From contig OZ024741.1 of the NCBI GenBank assembly GCA_964016885.1, forward strand, positions 379,998,001-380,062,000: 64,000 nucleotides of DNA, read 5' to 3'. The notes beneath the pieces are model-generated. The model did not search any database and was not told where the DNA came from. It saw only the letters and a list, made by a program, of their open reading frames with translations. Source of the DNA: Eledone cirrhosa (lineage: Eukaryota). The position numbers and the translations under genes are program-made. Positions 1-13,725 of the stretch are shown one piece after another. Numbering within the stretch: the stretch's first letter is position 1; each line of letters starts with the position of its first letter.

Positions 1-1231
1 AGATGGAGAAAGACGTTGCAGCGGCCGCTACGTGTAAGGGTATTTACCACATTTTATAGTAGATTTTGCGCCTGAGCATTCTACATCTTCTATTATCACC
101 TAACGCGTTATTCCATACCACACACCTGTTTTCAAAACAGCATTGCCCGAAGAGGAACGTTTCTATGTGGCCATGCTACGTAGCAGCCATAACCTGCTCA
201 AATCCTACGTCACCAGTTTAAAAAAATGGAAAAACAATAAATGATGTAGTTATTTGTCTACATATGAATATAATGACATAGTTGCCGCATGTGAAATTAT
301 GGTTATCGCGGTTCTGCTCCTCATAGATCACTGTTCTAAAAAAAAAAAAAAGTTCATACATTAATATTTCATCAATCTCTATAACAAATGCAAACCCTAC
401 AATAACGTTTGAGATAGACACCCTAAAAAAACCTCCATCAACTTAAGCGTTGTACAACAGTGAGTATATTGAGTACATATAAAATCAACTGAAACATAAA
501 GAGTAACATTGAAACACCTCATGTCAGATACTTTTTGAAGACTTCACCAGATATTTACAAATAACTAAAGGAGAATGTCTCAGTAAGTATAGGAATTTTG
601 CGGAAACGTGCGGACAATTTAGAAGGAGCTTTCAAGAAGCCTATTTTTGACGACAGCCATGTATCACCCGATCTTCGTGATATATGCATCCCCGATCTGA
701 GAGAATTCAAGTCTTTCTGAGAAAAGAAAATATTGGGTAACCACTCAGCTTTGTCTTCTAGAGGAGCAGGAGATTCCTCCCTGCGTATACAAGTATAATC
801 GAATACCTGTGAAGACTAACATATAAACTGAAAGTGTCAGTGATATAGCTGCAAATATAATATGATCAACGTCACTAATATTCACATAAAGTGTAACTAA
901 ATATTATATGAATGCTGATGTCTAATAAAACCGACTGTCTTTGTCACCGTATTATTATAACTCTCTACTATATTCAATAATTAATCGATTTTAATTAAAT
1001 TTAATTTCGGTGTTGCTTCCTTGCCTCAGTTTTAACAAAATTATTGATTTAGATAATTATTGTTCTCATTAGAAAGTGTGTAATTTTAATAATCTTAAAA
1101 TCAGGCATCACATACACATGACCAATACACATTCAAATAATATTCTTATATAACAAAATATATTAAACATATATATGTGTTATAAGCGTACATCAGTGTA
1201 TAAGTGAATCTATATAAGTATGTGTGTATGC

Positions 1232-1268
1232 ACACAAACACACACGCACACACATATACACACATACT

Positions 1269-1345
<77 letters not shown>
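1232..1345. repeat. Compound (CA)n-(TA)n microsatellite
   Basis: Directly visible; source of the spurious THTH/YIYI ORFs. Confidence 0.95.
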
Positions 1346-1352
<7 letters not shown>

Positions 1353-1477
1353 TATATAAATCAGGAAAGAAGAGTGACACGGTTTGTTCCTCCATTTTTT
1401 GTAACAAAGGGATTGTTTTTTTTATGTTTTAGTGTGTTTCTGGATATGTTTCCTTTTTTCCTTTTCACATAATGAAA

Positions 1478-2225
1478 ATATAATAATAATAATAATAATA
1501 AAATTATTCTGTACAATGCTCAGGTGCACTACAACTCATCAAAGCTGCATGTATAGTACATAGAATAATATACAAATGTCAGGGAAGGGAATAGTGTATG
1601 AGTCATGATATACATGTGTGCGTGTGAATGGAGGGGGAATGTTATGTGTAGTGTTGGCGAATCTCAGGAAGCATGGAGGTTTTAAAGGATGCACTGTCTC
1701 AACAGCTAATAACTGATGCAGGTAGTTTTATCCATGCTTCAGCAATTCTGAGCGTGAAAAACATGTTTCCGAAAGTCATGGCAGCTGTGCTGTTTTCTGA
1801 CTTTGTTGGCATGCCCACCTGTGTTAGACACATGGAAATCAAAAAGGTACTCAGGGCCGTTGTTGGCAAGATGGTTTATAATGTTGTGGGTGTTTACAAA
1901 GTCGGTTGCCAGACGTCGAAGCTTCAATGTATCCATGCCCAGAGAAGCAAGGCGTTCAGAGTATTGTAGATGCCTGATGGAAGGTATTCGCTTGGTTGCA
2001 CGTCTCTGAACAGTTTCCAAGAGGTCTATGTTCTGAGAAGATAGGGGTTCCAGACTGGTGATGCAAATTCTAAGTGTGGCCGCACCATAGCTATATACAG
2101 CTTTAAATAGATAGGTGGGGAGCGGCTAACAAAGGTCTTGCTTAGTGATGTTAAGACACCCTCGGCCTTCTTTACAATTTTAGAAACGTGCTTCGTCCAA
2201 CTCAAATCGCTACTGACAGTAATGC
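1478..2225 (-). mobile_element. CR1-clade LINE 3' fragment (RT C-terminus, 3'UTR, (ATT)n tail)
   Basis: Minus strand reads YLKLYIAMVRPHLEFASPVWNPY, then ETVQRRATKRIPSIRHLQYSERLASLGMDTLKLRRL (ORF 1739-2020), the typical CR1 post-RT segment. Ends in an AAT tract at 1478-1503. Confidence 0.88.
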
Positions 2226-2349
2226 ACGGAGGTTTTTGAGCTGGTGGACAAATATTTCGGTATTTTGGAGGTTCAAAATTGCCACATATGTTAATACAAT
2301 TTTCATGGTTTTGCTTGGCATTTCGATATCTATATGTTTGGCCCTTTCT

Positions 2350-4810
2350 ATTCCATTAGTTGGAAATCGCTATAGATGAGTAGAGTTTTCACTTCATCCA
2401 GTTTTTGCTCACGTTCGATCGGTTCCAATACTATTGGGTGTTTTATTTTGCTAAACTAAACAGAATGTTCAACTCTGTGTGTTTTATCTGACTGGATGTA
2501 AATAGAACGTCCATGATTTTATAGAGAATGTCTGTTCCTATTCTTTCCTCTGATTTTGAAATTGTGATATCAAAAATGGCTAGTTCTTTTGGTGCCATAA
2601 GATTAAACAATCAGCTAGATACGTTCGTTTTCTAGCTCTTTTGTTTTTAGTGAGTATCCAAATAGTAGTAGTGGTTGACTGTAGCTCATTTACTCCTATG
2701 TTCCTTGAAGAGTTCCTGATAATTGTCGGTATGCAGACGCATTGAACAAAGGGCACATATTTTGCAATATGAATTTGAGTTCATCAAGGATGAAATCATT
2801 TTTTCTATGCAAATCCATTCGTGAATAGCAGATTTTGCATACTTATGGAATTTGTTTGTGTATAATGTGACAGTGTCGAAGGAAAGAAAATTGTGTTAAA
2901 TTATCTTTTTGGATATATGATTCAACATGTCTACATCCTCTCGTATCTTTTAGGAAGATGTGTAAAAAGATATCCAGGAAGTTGCCTAGATCATATATTG
3001 CATATGCTCTAACTGGCTGAAGGTTTATATCATCTGGAGCTATTATCTGAGTGTATGTGGCTGTCGAGGTTATACAACCTCATTTATCAGTTTGCATTTG
3101 TGTAGTTTCGGTAGGCCAGAAAATATGCTTCTGCTTTCATTTGAAGTGGCTTATATTGTTAATTCCCTTCGTGATTGCAGTAATTTTTTGGTAAGGTTAA
3201 TAGATTTTCTACTGTTTTTTTGTTATTGTCTGTAGTTGTTCTTGTTTTATATAAACTGTTGATATTTTAAGTGCCGGATCTTTATAGTAGTCTTTATAGT
3301 AGCCAGATCTTCGTAGTAGTATGTTCATGAGAACATTATCAGCTTCATTAATAGTGACATCTGATTTTTCTTTTATTTGATTTTGTGTTTCTATTTCTAG
3401 TTTTTCAAATGGAAATTTCATTTTTCGCGGTAGGAGTATTGGGCTCCATTCTTGCCTTTCTTTTGGTAGAACATACATTTATTTCTAACTAGTGATTCAT
3501 CTTCATAAGAATTCGGCTAGCCTAAGTTTTATATTCCGTGATGCCATTTTGCATTCTGAAGAAGTATGATTTGTGTGGTTTGTATAACTTTCAGTCCCTT
3601 ACTTAATATGTCTAATTGAGTGTTTCTGAAAAATTTCTTTAAAAGGTTGATTACCATCGGTTTCTCTTTTATGAGAGCCATCGTATTGCCTGAATTACTA
3701 TCTTTTTGTTAAACAAAGGTTATGATATTAAGCGGAGCTCTTGTTTGTTGTTTGTCCATCTTGTGTGAGTCTTTAGGGTCATTTTTGTGGCACTTATTGT
3801 AGTGAAAGTGGTGGTAACTGTTATACGTGTTCTAATTTAAAGGTTCTGTTGGAATTCCATGTGATATGGATGGATTCCTTCTGAAATTCGTATATATTAT
3901 GTTATTTTGGAGCTTGGTTCTATAGGAGATCTCTTATGATTGCATTATTTTGGTAATTGTTTGATTTGTTCTGTTGTAATTTGTTGTGTTTAATTTGAGT
4001 TCAGCGTTTGGTGGTCTGATTATTTCATCACAGGTTCTTGTGATGAAATAGTCCATGTGATCTGGATGAAATAGTCCATGTGATTTGACTATTTCATCAC
4101 AGGTTCTTGTTCCGTTCAATTTCTTTTGGAAGGGTTTGACTGAGTGTTGTATTTTCTTAAATTCCTCTTTATGTTTAAAGAACAAATTCCTCTTTATGTT
4201 TAAAGAACGAATTTTCACTCCTTTCCCATTTTGTCTTCCAGCAGGCTTGTTTCCAAGGTTTTAATAGGTTTTGTAAGATTAGTCGCTCAGCTGGTCAATA
4301 TATTTGTATGTTTGTTCATTTGTAGTGGCTCTTATTTTTGAAACTTCTATTTCTATATTCATTTTGTTGAGTGATAACTGTTCCCCTAGATTTCTATGTC
4401 ATTCTGGTTCGTCAGGTGTCGGTTTTATATGTAACTATCTGAATAAGTTCATTGACATAGAACATTTCTTACAGATTCCAGCTTTGTTCATATTTTTGAC
4501 AATGCTCCAAACTGTGAATTTTCCTAACTTCAATTGTTTTGTTTTTTCCCAACTGTGTTCTATTTTGCTTTAGATTTGTCGAGAAGTTTCTTGTTCTGTT
4601 TACTACACATTATTTTTCCCATGTGTTGCATAATTGTTGTAGGTTGACACTGAACTCAGTATTGGTTGTTCATGTGTTGTCTTCGTTGGTGCAGTCATTG
4701 TTGAGTTGTGTAGTTTATCGAGTTCGTCTGATAGGATTTTGAGTTTTCCATTTATATCTTGTAGTTCTTTTATTGCTGTGTTTGTGGTTCCAGTGTACAG
4801 TGCCACATAC
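2350..4810 (-). mobile_element. Highly degraded Penelope-like element (PLE) RT ORF
   Basis: Minus-strand remnants in the expected order: SIFSGLPKLHK (~3100-3135, cf. FYGLPKIHK), FLSFDTVTLYTN (~2856-2892, cf. LVSFDVxSLYTNIP), PLFNASAYRQLSGTLQG (~2705-2755, cf. FNGxxYxQxxGxAMG), GTDILYK (~2520-2540). Boundaries approximate. Confidence 0.7.
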
Positions 4811-5699
4811 CTGAATAGTATAGTCTATAATAGTTCAAAACGCGGGGCAGTCCGTACGAATTGAAAGTTGTAGGTAAACGTAAATGTTTAAATGGTCGAG
4901 ATGAAATGCTGGCAAAAATTACAGTCTACTTTGCAATTCCAAATGTGAATGTATTTTATCGAACAAGAGAAATAGACCAATTTATAATATGTTGTAAGGA
5001 AAATATATAAGCAGGTATGAAGATTGAGTTAGAGTAAGATGACTCTATATTTAGCGGCATGGCATTGGAAATGTACTATCAATGAATTTCTTCAATAAAC
5101 AAAAAACAGGCTCGTAAATCTGCATTAAATATAGTTGTAACTGCTCCGTAATATTAAAAATCGCAGTTTTCTCATCAAGTTTATATTTTGCCCACTTTTA
5201 TCACTATATAACTCACACTACAATAGCCACATTATTGTTTCAGTAACAAAGTACCGTGTACAGCATTATTTAGTATATAACATTACTTTCCCATGATTTT
5301 CAAATCTAATAGCTATAAAAAGTCGGTTTTATCAAGGTTGCTGTTTCTTAGCACCTTAATATCTCTAGTAATTCATATCTAAGAAGAATACCATATTTCT
5401 GACAATGGTTCTAAACATAAATCTTATATATGTAATTCTAATAGCCGATACTATATATTTCTCTGATATATTGAGGAAATGTGGCAAACGATAGCGGCAT
5501 GGTGGCTTAGTTTAAAGAAAAATATTACTTAACTTGAAGAATCTTTTTTAAATTCCTAGCCTAAGAGTAATTGTATGACTAAATTTAATTAATCTTAGTT
5601 GAGGGATTAATCAATTTTCTTCGCATTAGACAGTTCGAAAAACAAATAAGAAAATATTCACACTGCGATATGTCTTTAATAAATAATGAGAGTATTGCC

Positions 5700-6700
5700 A
5701 AAATATGCGTGCTTCTTTCGTTTGCATTGAAAGGTCATATGACCATGTTCCACGGGATCTCTTGTGGAAGTTTCTGCATGAGTATGGGATCGATACACAG
5801 CCTCTTGTTACCCTGATGTCCCTATAACAACGCCTTAGTATACATATTCGGATAAATGTTGTTATATCGAAAGCATTCAATATGGATGTCGAACTTCAAC
5901 ATGGGTGTGTACTGTCATATTTTCTGTTCATAATTTTCATGGACAGGTTTGATATCTACAGTCAAGTTTGAAGTGGTAGCAAGACAGGCTAGTGTAGGAT
6001 AAGTTGGCTAAAATTTGTGAACGACATGGTATTACTTAAGTTGTCAGACGGTGATATCTGAAATGCACTTGATAGGTTTGCAGCCAAGTGTTGTAGAACA
6101 AGGATGAACTTCAGTGCTGCATAGAGACACTCGTCCTAATAAGAAAGCATGTGCAGTGCACTCTACATTTGAGTGGACTTCAACCTAAACAGGTGGAAAG
6201 GTTCAATGATCTCGGGGCCGTGACGATAAGGGATGGAAGGGAAGGGGCTGTAGAAGGTACAGTAATGAGACAACTTCAACATTATGCCATCAGAGGAAGG
6301 GTGGTACGTGTGAGATCAAAACTCACTATCTTCAATTTGCTAATTCGCTATTCCAGAAAACCTTTGAATATTGGGTAATGGCCGAGTGAATACGATTACG
6401 AATTGAAGGGGTCGAAATGGGGTTCATCGGAAGTGTCTTTTAGAGTAATGTTACTGTCGATCGAATGCGTAGTTCGATGATTGGTGAGTTGCTCCCCGTC
6501 GAGCCACTACCTATTTGAATTGAAATATAACAGCTCTGACGCTACGGGCATAGTGTTAGAATGTCTCAGGAATGAATCGCTGGACATATTTTACGGACAA
6601 AACCAACAGGCAGCAGACTCCGGGGTAGATCTTGAGTAAAAGGTTGTGGTAACTCCCATGAGCTCGGCTGATCTCGCGAGGAAATTCAGCCGGATCTCTT
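5700..6700 (+). mobile_element. Degraded RTE-clade LINE RT fragment
   Basis: ELQHGCVLSYFLFIIFMDR (~5891-5947, cf. GLRQGCVLSPLLF) and KFVNDMVLL (~6011, cf. LFADDMVLL), then LQPKQVERFNDLG (cf. LEQVEKFKYLG). Confidence 0.7.
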
Positions 6701-6771
6701 GGCGAGAGTTGTTTCTGACAGGACTCACGGAAAGGCGTGCTTGATGTCTCTTCTTCTACCACGCTCTTGGC

Positions 6772-6816
6772 AAGAAGAAGAAGAAGAAGAAGAAGAAGAA
6801 GAAGAAGAAGAAGAAG

Positions 6817-6846
<30 letters not shown>
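6772..6846. repeat. (GAA)n microsatellite
   Basis: About 25 perfect units; gives the poly-Glu ORF 6699-6881. Confidence 0.95.
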
Positions 6847-6847
<1 letters not shown>

Positions 6848-8132
6848 GAAAGAAGGAGGGGAGGAAGGGCTAATCACCTAAAGGGTTTCGTGTATTTGTG
6901 AGCAGCTATCTTATATCAGCTGTTTCTAACTTCGTCCATCAGAAACGAAGCAAATATTATATAGCAGATGTTTCAACTATTTTGAATTTTGTTTGGTATA
7001 TTATAGACTGGCGAAGAAAATGTTGTTTGGTATATTATAGACTGACCAAGACAAATAACATGAGCATATCTCAATAGATAAAATATCCAAAATAAAAGAA
7101 AGGAATATCGAGACATCTGCTTTCCAATGTTAAAACTAAAACATGTATAATGAACTTGTTACGTCCGGAACAACTTATAGACAATAATTCTAATTTACTG
7201 AATTGTGATGCCCCTTTTAATACAATAGTGTAATATTATTGCCATTCCAACTGTTCATTTTACTCATTATTCACCATATATCCGCTAACATATTTGTCAG
7301 ACTAGATTTCTACTTTAGATATAGTTGAGAGAGTGGCATTATTCTATCATCTAATATTCAAGTCAATCTTACCACCAGAAAAAGTTAATAGAACATAATG
7401 GTTTCGTTCAGAAGCATATTACATAAGTTATTAACATTTTAACATTTGAATTGAAACAATTGACATATATATCTGCAAAGAGATTTAATTGAAATTTATT
7501 TGCGAAATATTGCTTGGCAGTGTACTGTGTGTATTTGATTAAATACTGACAAAAAGAATTACTTTGAAAATTGGAAGAAAACTTAAAAGAGAAAAACTAT
7601 GAAATATTTTTACGTTGCAATGAAAGATTTTAGTTGCTTCTGAGAATAACCTGAGGCGTTTTTTTTATTTTGTTTATTTATTTTTTTTTTTTTATAACAC
7701 ATTTGTTTTGAGACTCATTTCTGTAATGTTAACATCAATTAATGACCTTAAAGTATTAATTCTTTAATGACTCCATTTAGAAAAAATTAATTAATAATTC
7801 ATTAAATTACTTTATTTTGTTTCTAATTTCAATGCGTAAAGTGGATTTTATTTTAAATAAGTTAAATAATTAAATCGTAAAAACTGCATGTTTCTCTATC
7901 AGGCGAAGGTAATGTAATTTGTTAGTCTTCATATTAATGAGAGTATGCGATGTAAAAAGAATATTTATTTCCTGATGTGTAATAGTTTATTTCCGTATAC
8001 ATATTCAACAGTGTAATCACTGTTTGATTTTATTTACGACTGCAAAAAAAGACGTGGCAAATGTATAACCCGATGCATAAAAAATATATCAATTGTTTTG
8101 TTCATAAATTGTTAATTTCGTTTCAGATATAC

Positions 8133-8204
<72 letters not shown>

Positions 8205-8407
8205 CGTTTCTGAATTTGTTTAGCAAAATTCTTTATCTGAAAACGTGTGTTGAAACCGATATTGTTATACTTTTGGAGCGTCATGTTGCCAATAAGAAAA
8301 ACACGCACCAGTTGCTTTCACTTCAATTTATTATAATAAATTTATAAATTTAGGAATGTATAAATTTCCGGTTGGTTGGTTCCACAATCAGATGATTGTT
8401 TATACAT

Positions 8408-8452
8408 TTTCAAAGTTCTTTCGTCACCCATTATGTGACCTCTTCACTGACA
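8408..8452 (-). ncRNA. Degenerate minimal type-I hammerhead motif (PLE pLTR)
   Basis: tgtca-GTGAAGA-g-gtcac(ataatgg)gtgac-GAAA-gaac-TT-tgaaa. C3 is mutated in this copy. Confidence 0.55.
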
Positions 8453-9470
8453 GGGCATTTTTTTTCTTTGTTTGTGTGCCTCTCCTTTGTTCTGTCCTAC
8501 GCCATCTTGTTTTTGTGTGTGTTGTGTGCTTAGTTTGCGCATGTGTTGCATCCGGGTGTCTGTATGTGTTTATATTTGTTTATTTATTTGTTTATTTACA
8601 TGTTACTGGTTGGTTGTTTGTTCTATGTGCGTGTGTGTTTTCATTTTGTCCTTAATTGTAAGTTGTGATTTTGCTGTTCAATTCATGTTTTCTATTTAAT
8701 TTTGGTTGGAGTTCATTTATGTTTATTGCCTCTGTGATTTGTCTAAACATTGCGTCTTTTCTGTGTGTAGATTCTATTTTTATTTCTATGGTTTATTTTA
8801 ACATGTTGGTAGAGTACAGATGATCCTTTACTATCTTGAAGGTCTCGCCAGTGTTCATTTACCCGTTCCCCTATACTACGAGCTGTCTCACCTATGTACA
8901 TTATATTCTTATCTCTACATTGGCCTTCAGTACACCTTATGCTATATACTACATTTCTAGTTTTTCAGTTAATATGGGGGCTTAATTTACAGATTATACA
9001 TTTCTTGTCTATACAGTGAGATCTTTGAAAAGGATATGTATTGCTAATAAGTGTTTTTATGGAGGTACCTGGTCTTTCGACTATCTTAATATTGAGTTCA
9101 TATTTATCTAGGGTCCTTCTAAATTTGTAAGCTAATTCAACTCTAGGGGTTGTATCGATGAACATTACACTCTGGTATTTATTGCTATCATACCATGAGT
9201 TTATTCTATTAACCGTATTCCTAGTTCTCTCTATACTATTCCAAAATTTGCTCCTATACAAGGGGCGGGTCCCATTTGTGTCATTATTTACCATTTTTTC
9301 CCATTTGGTTCTGGCTCCTCTATATACTCTGATGTTATCTCTCTGATTGTAACCAGAGAATTGTATACGGTGGGTGACGTGTTGTATGTGTCTCTCTAGT
9401 TCTTTGGGATTGCACATGCGGAACACGTTTCTCATCACCCGTACCAAATCCGCAATCAGAAAGAATCCCC

Positions 9471-9515
9471 AGTCCCTGAAGAGGTCACAGAATGTGTGAC
9501 GAAAGAACTTTGACA
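9471..9515 (+). ncRNA. Minimal type-I hammerhead motif (PLE pLTR)
   Basis: agtcc-CTGAAGA-g-gtcaca(gaatg)tgtgac-GAAA-gaac-TT-tgaca. Combining it with the 8408 copy restores stem I tgtca/tgaca. Confidence 0.65.
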
Positions 9516-9660
9516 ATATATAAACAATGATCTGGTTGTGGAACCAACCAACCAACTGGAAATTTATAAATTCCTAAATTTATAAATGTATCATAATAAA
9601 TTGAAGTGAAAGTAACTGGTGCGTGTGTTTCTCATTGGCAACATGACCCTCCCAAAGTAT

Positions 9661-9766
<106 letters not shown>

Positions 9767-10317
9767 ATAATATATATATGCATATACATAGTGATACAGC
9801 CAGCCCTTTTGTATGAAATAGATTGTAAATTTGATGATTCCTATGTATATGATAAAAGATTAATTAAGCATTGATCAAAAATGTACATGCTCTGATATTG
9901 TTGAAATATACTAACCTTGAGAGGTTTCTGGTGTCTGCATGCTGGGGTCAAAACTTAGTAAGAAACATGGCTCATCATTTACCTATGTACCGTTAACCTT
10001 CAATGCTTGGAGAATTGTATAGCATGCAAAGAGTTGTGTGTGTTGACGAAGACTCCGGTGAAGAGTGAACATGAAGAAATGGTGAAGGATGGGAATAGAT
10101 GGAAAAGGTAAAAAGTAAAAAAAAACCAAAGTTGGTCAGAATAGAATTAGAATAAAATGAAAATTACAAATATATATATCGTGTACAGAAATGCAGTATA
10201 TTAATTTCAATAATGTCAAATAATAAATTATTTACACGATAAATCATACAGATATACGCATCGTTAACCCAAGATGATGATGATGATGATAGATATATTT
10301 ATATATATATATATATA

Positions 10318-11310
10318 TCATCATCATCATCATCATCTTCGGTTAACGTTCATCTTCCACGCTAGCATGGGTTAAGTGGGAGTCATCCCACTTGAGGCAA
10401 GGTTGGTTGGGTGACCTGTGACTCTCTCATATAGGACTATCTACCAGGTTTTCTACGGCTGGATGCCCTTCCTAACACCAACCACATTTACAGTGTGGAT
10501 CTGGGAACTTTTTACCGTGTTACCTACACGGCCACATTATAGCGTGGACTGTGTGTGTTTTTTGTCGTGACAGTTACACGATCTCGATGTCATTATCTCA
10601 TTTAGTTCAGCCATTGATTCAGCTATGAGCGTTAGATCATCTGCGTATAGAAGTTTCCATGGGCAGCCGGTCTTGAACTCCTCTGTTATAGCCTGAAGGG
10701 CAATAATAAATAGGAGGAGGCTAAGGACAAAGCATTGATGAACACCAACTTTTACACTAAATTCTTCACAATATTCATTGTTAATTCTAACCTTGCTGAC
10801 TGTTTCTTTATACATAGCTTGTATAGCTCTCACACGCCATTCATCTACACCTAGTTTTCTAAAAGCCCACCATATAATGGAGCGGGGGACTCTGTCAAAG
10901 GCTTTCTCCAGGTATACAAAAGCTAAGTAGAGGGGTTTACTTTTAACTAGCTACTTCTGTAGTTGTCGTACAAGGAAAAGAGCGTCTGTGGTACTGTGGA
11001 CACAAACCCAAACTGCATTTCATCTATATCAATTTGCTCTCTAATTAGTTGCGCTATAACTCTTTCTGTGACCTTCATGACATGGTCAACTAACTTAATG
11101 CCTATATAGTTTCCCCTATCTAGAGCATCCCCTTTACACTTGTAGCAGTTAATGATGATGTTGCTACGCTAGTCTTTTGGTATGACCCCATTCTGCATTA
11201 CTTGGTTAACTATACGGGTGACCATAGTATGTCCCACCATTCCAGATGCCTTCAACATCTCAGCAACTATCTCCGACGACCCAGCTGCCTTGCCTGTCTT
11301 CATATAGAGG
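10318..11310 (-). mobile_element. RTE-clade LINE fragment (RT, internal deletion, 3' end with (GAT)n tail)
   Basis: ORF 11169-11378 MKTGKAAGSSEIVAEMLKA; ORF 10537-10833 VKVGVHQCFVLSLLLFII...LLYADDLTLIAE; AFVYLEKAFDRVPR near 10885-10925; (ATC)n at 10318-10337. Confidence 0.88.
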
Positions 11311-11530
11311 TTAAATTCAAAGGGTATATATATATACTTAGACATAGTCACAGATACATATATGAGTTTGGCAACCATTCACGGTGTGGCTCAAAGACGA
11401 ATTGTAAGCAAATAATCATTAATCAGAGCTACGGTATATATAAAAAAGTAAGTCCAAAGAACCATTAGTTAAAATATATACAGTATAAATCAACCACAAC
11501 AAATCATTTAAACGAGGCTATAATTTTAAA

Positions 11531-11588
<58 letters not shown>

Positions 11589-11609
11589 ATGTAAATATAT
11601 ATAAATATA

Positions 11610-12519
11610 TACGATATTAAACAAATGGAAACTATATTTATAAAACCATATTTATTTCATTATATATATTTCAGGGATAACATATTAAAAATATGGTATG
11701 CCTTCCTCAGACAAAATACAATATATAAACTGTTTTATAAATAAATTTGACATACCTAGAACAGTGCAACTTCCATTTAAAAAGTTGATTTGGTAGTGAA
11801 AATGTTGAGGACAGTTAAAAAGAAGGACGAAGAGAAAAAAGAAAAAAAGAAGAAAAAAGAAGAAAAAAAGAAAAAAGAAGAGAAGAAGAAAGAAAGTGTA
11901 TAGCGCTAAGGACAGTTAGAGAAGAAGATGAAGAGAGGTATGCAAAGAAAGCAACAGAGCGAGATAGAGAGAAAGAGATATGGGAGAGAGAAATATATTG
12001 AGGGAGTGAAAAATGATAGGCAGCTTGGAGACAGATGATCACCGTACAAATGAGATATTAAGGAGGGAAGGGGGTACTGTAATTATTTATTTATTTATTT
12101 ATTTAGTTATAGTGTTAAGGATACGGAGAGAAATATGATAAATAAAGAGAGGTAGAGTGAGATATATGTGGTGGGAGAAAAGAGGTAGATCGAGTAATAT
12201 CTATCATACGAGGTGGGACTTTTTAACTGTCCTCAACATTTTCACTACCAAATCAACTTTTTAAATGGAAGTTGCACTGTTCTAGGTATGTCAAATTTAT
12301 TTATAAAACGGTTTATATATTGTATTTTGTCTGAGGAAGGCATACCATATTTTTAATATGTTATCCCTGAAATATATATAATGAAATAAATATGGTTTTA
12401 TAAATATAGTTTCCATTTGTTTAATATCGTAAACCTACTCCAAAACCTGTTGAGTGCTTTTATATCAGTTATAAAATATTTACTCGTTGTAACCCTACAA
12501 TTTTAAATAAAACTTTTGC

Positions 12520-12520
<1 letters not shown>
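11610..12520. mobile_element. Non-coding PLE-derived element with 213-bp near-perfect inverted repeats, each with a hammerhead motif
   Basis: 11610-11822 is the reverse complement of 12219-12431 (one mismatch seen). Purine-rich spacer; TA/TG microsatellites on both sides. Confidence 0.75.
12327..12384 (+). ncRNA. Type-I hammerhead motif (mirror copy at 11657-11714, minus strand)
   Basis: ttgt-CTGAGGA-aggcataccatatt(ttt)aatatgttatccct-GAAA-tatata-TA-atga. Stem II pairs 12 of 14 positions; stem I is weak (G-U wobbles). Confidence 0.65.
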
Positions 12521-12600
<80 letters not shown>

Positions 12601-12614
12601 TGTATATAAACATA

Positions 12615-13502
12615 CGAGGTGTGTCAGAAAAGTTCCAGGACTGATGTCACAAAAGATTTATTTCATACCCAAACTTCACACTAAGAGTTTTCAAAGTAAT
12701 CACCATGGAGTCTAATGCACTTTTCATCCTTTTCTGCCACGCTTGCATGCACTCCTGGAAGGATTCTTCCGGGATTCTCCGCAGTTCCGTCGTCACGGCC
12801 TTTTTGATGTGGTCCACGTCTTCAAAACGGGTCCCCTCCGGGACGTACACGAAGAGCCATGACTCATTACCGGTGAAGACTCTCGCTAACATGTCTGGTT
12901 CATTTTCAAGACGCTCGAGGATGTTCTGGAACACTTGCATGCGTCGACCCTTCTGCTCATAATTCAGCAATGTTGGCACCATCACCTAGCGCATACATTC
13001 CACATGTCCAAATCTTCAGTCAGAATCTCTCCAGACGCTGTTCCGATTCATGCCAGGCTCAATTGCCATCAGTCGAACAGTCAGCCGACGATCGCTACGC
13101 ACCATCTGCCTAACGCGCTCAATGTTGACCTCAGTCCTGGTTGTTGAGGCTCTTCCGCTCCTGGGGTCATCTTCCACGTCCTCGCGTCCTTCTTTACACC
13201 TCTTGGACCACTCAAAAACACGTGAGCGTGACATCGTCTCATCTCCATACACTTGCTGCAACGGAGTTTTCCCCATCCGTACCAGAAACTTGTTCGTTGG
13301 ACTGTGTTCATTGCTTGACGACCTGAAACAGAGGACATGTATATAAAATTATGAAGAAAAAAGTATGATCGCTGCAGAGAGCTAAGATTACAGTTACATA
13401 TACCAGGGGGATTACTGTTAAGGAGAAAACTCTTAGTGTGAAGTTTGGCTTGGAAATAAATATTTTGTGACATCACTCCTGGAACTTTTTTGACAAACCT
13501 CG
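12615..13502 (-). mobile_element. Tc1/mariner (mariner-type) DNA transposon, internally deleted
   Basis: TIRs of ~77 bp (cgaggtgtgtcagaaaagttccagg... / ...cctggaacttttttgacaaacctcg) with TA on both sides. Transposase remnants: VYGDETMSRSRVFEWSKRCKEGREDVEDDPRSGR, VFTGNESWLFVYVPE (cf. TGDEKW.Y.PE) joined directly to GTRFEDVDHIKKAV, so the rest of the DD34D domain is deleted. Confidence 0.95.
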
Positions 13503-13611
<109 letters not shown>

Positions 13612-13690
13612 TAAACAGAAATAACAACACAATCGGTAAAGTATGTGGAAGGGATATATTAGGTTAATACTTGATATAGCAAGAAGAGGT

Positions 13691-13725
13691 TCTTAACGTT
13701 TCGGACGCTAGTCCTTCATCAGAAA
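13691..13725 (-). ncRNA. Canonical minimal PLE-type hammerhead motif in a short solo pLTR fragment (~13607-13805)
   Basis: ttt-CTGATGA-a-ggac(tagc)gtcc-GAAA-cgt-TA-aga, with palindromic AACGTT at stem III. The fragment lies between (TG)n and (TA)n. Confidence 0.75.

Noticed and set aside
1-850. Moderately GC-rich start of the window as a possible host exon or DNA-transposon fragment
   Set aside because: No recognisable protein motif or reliable splice structure in any frame I checked.
6915-6946. Minus-strand CTGATGG...GAAACAGCTG hammerhead-like string
   Set aside because: Core mutated, and no stem II or cleavage triplet.
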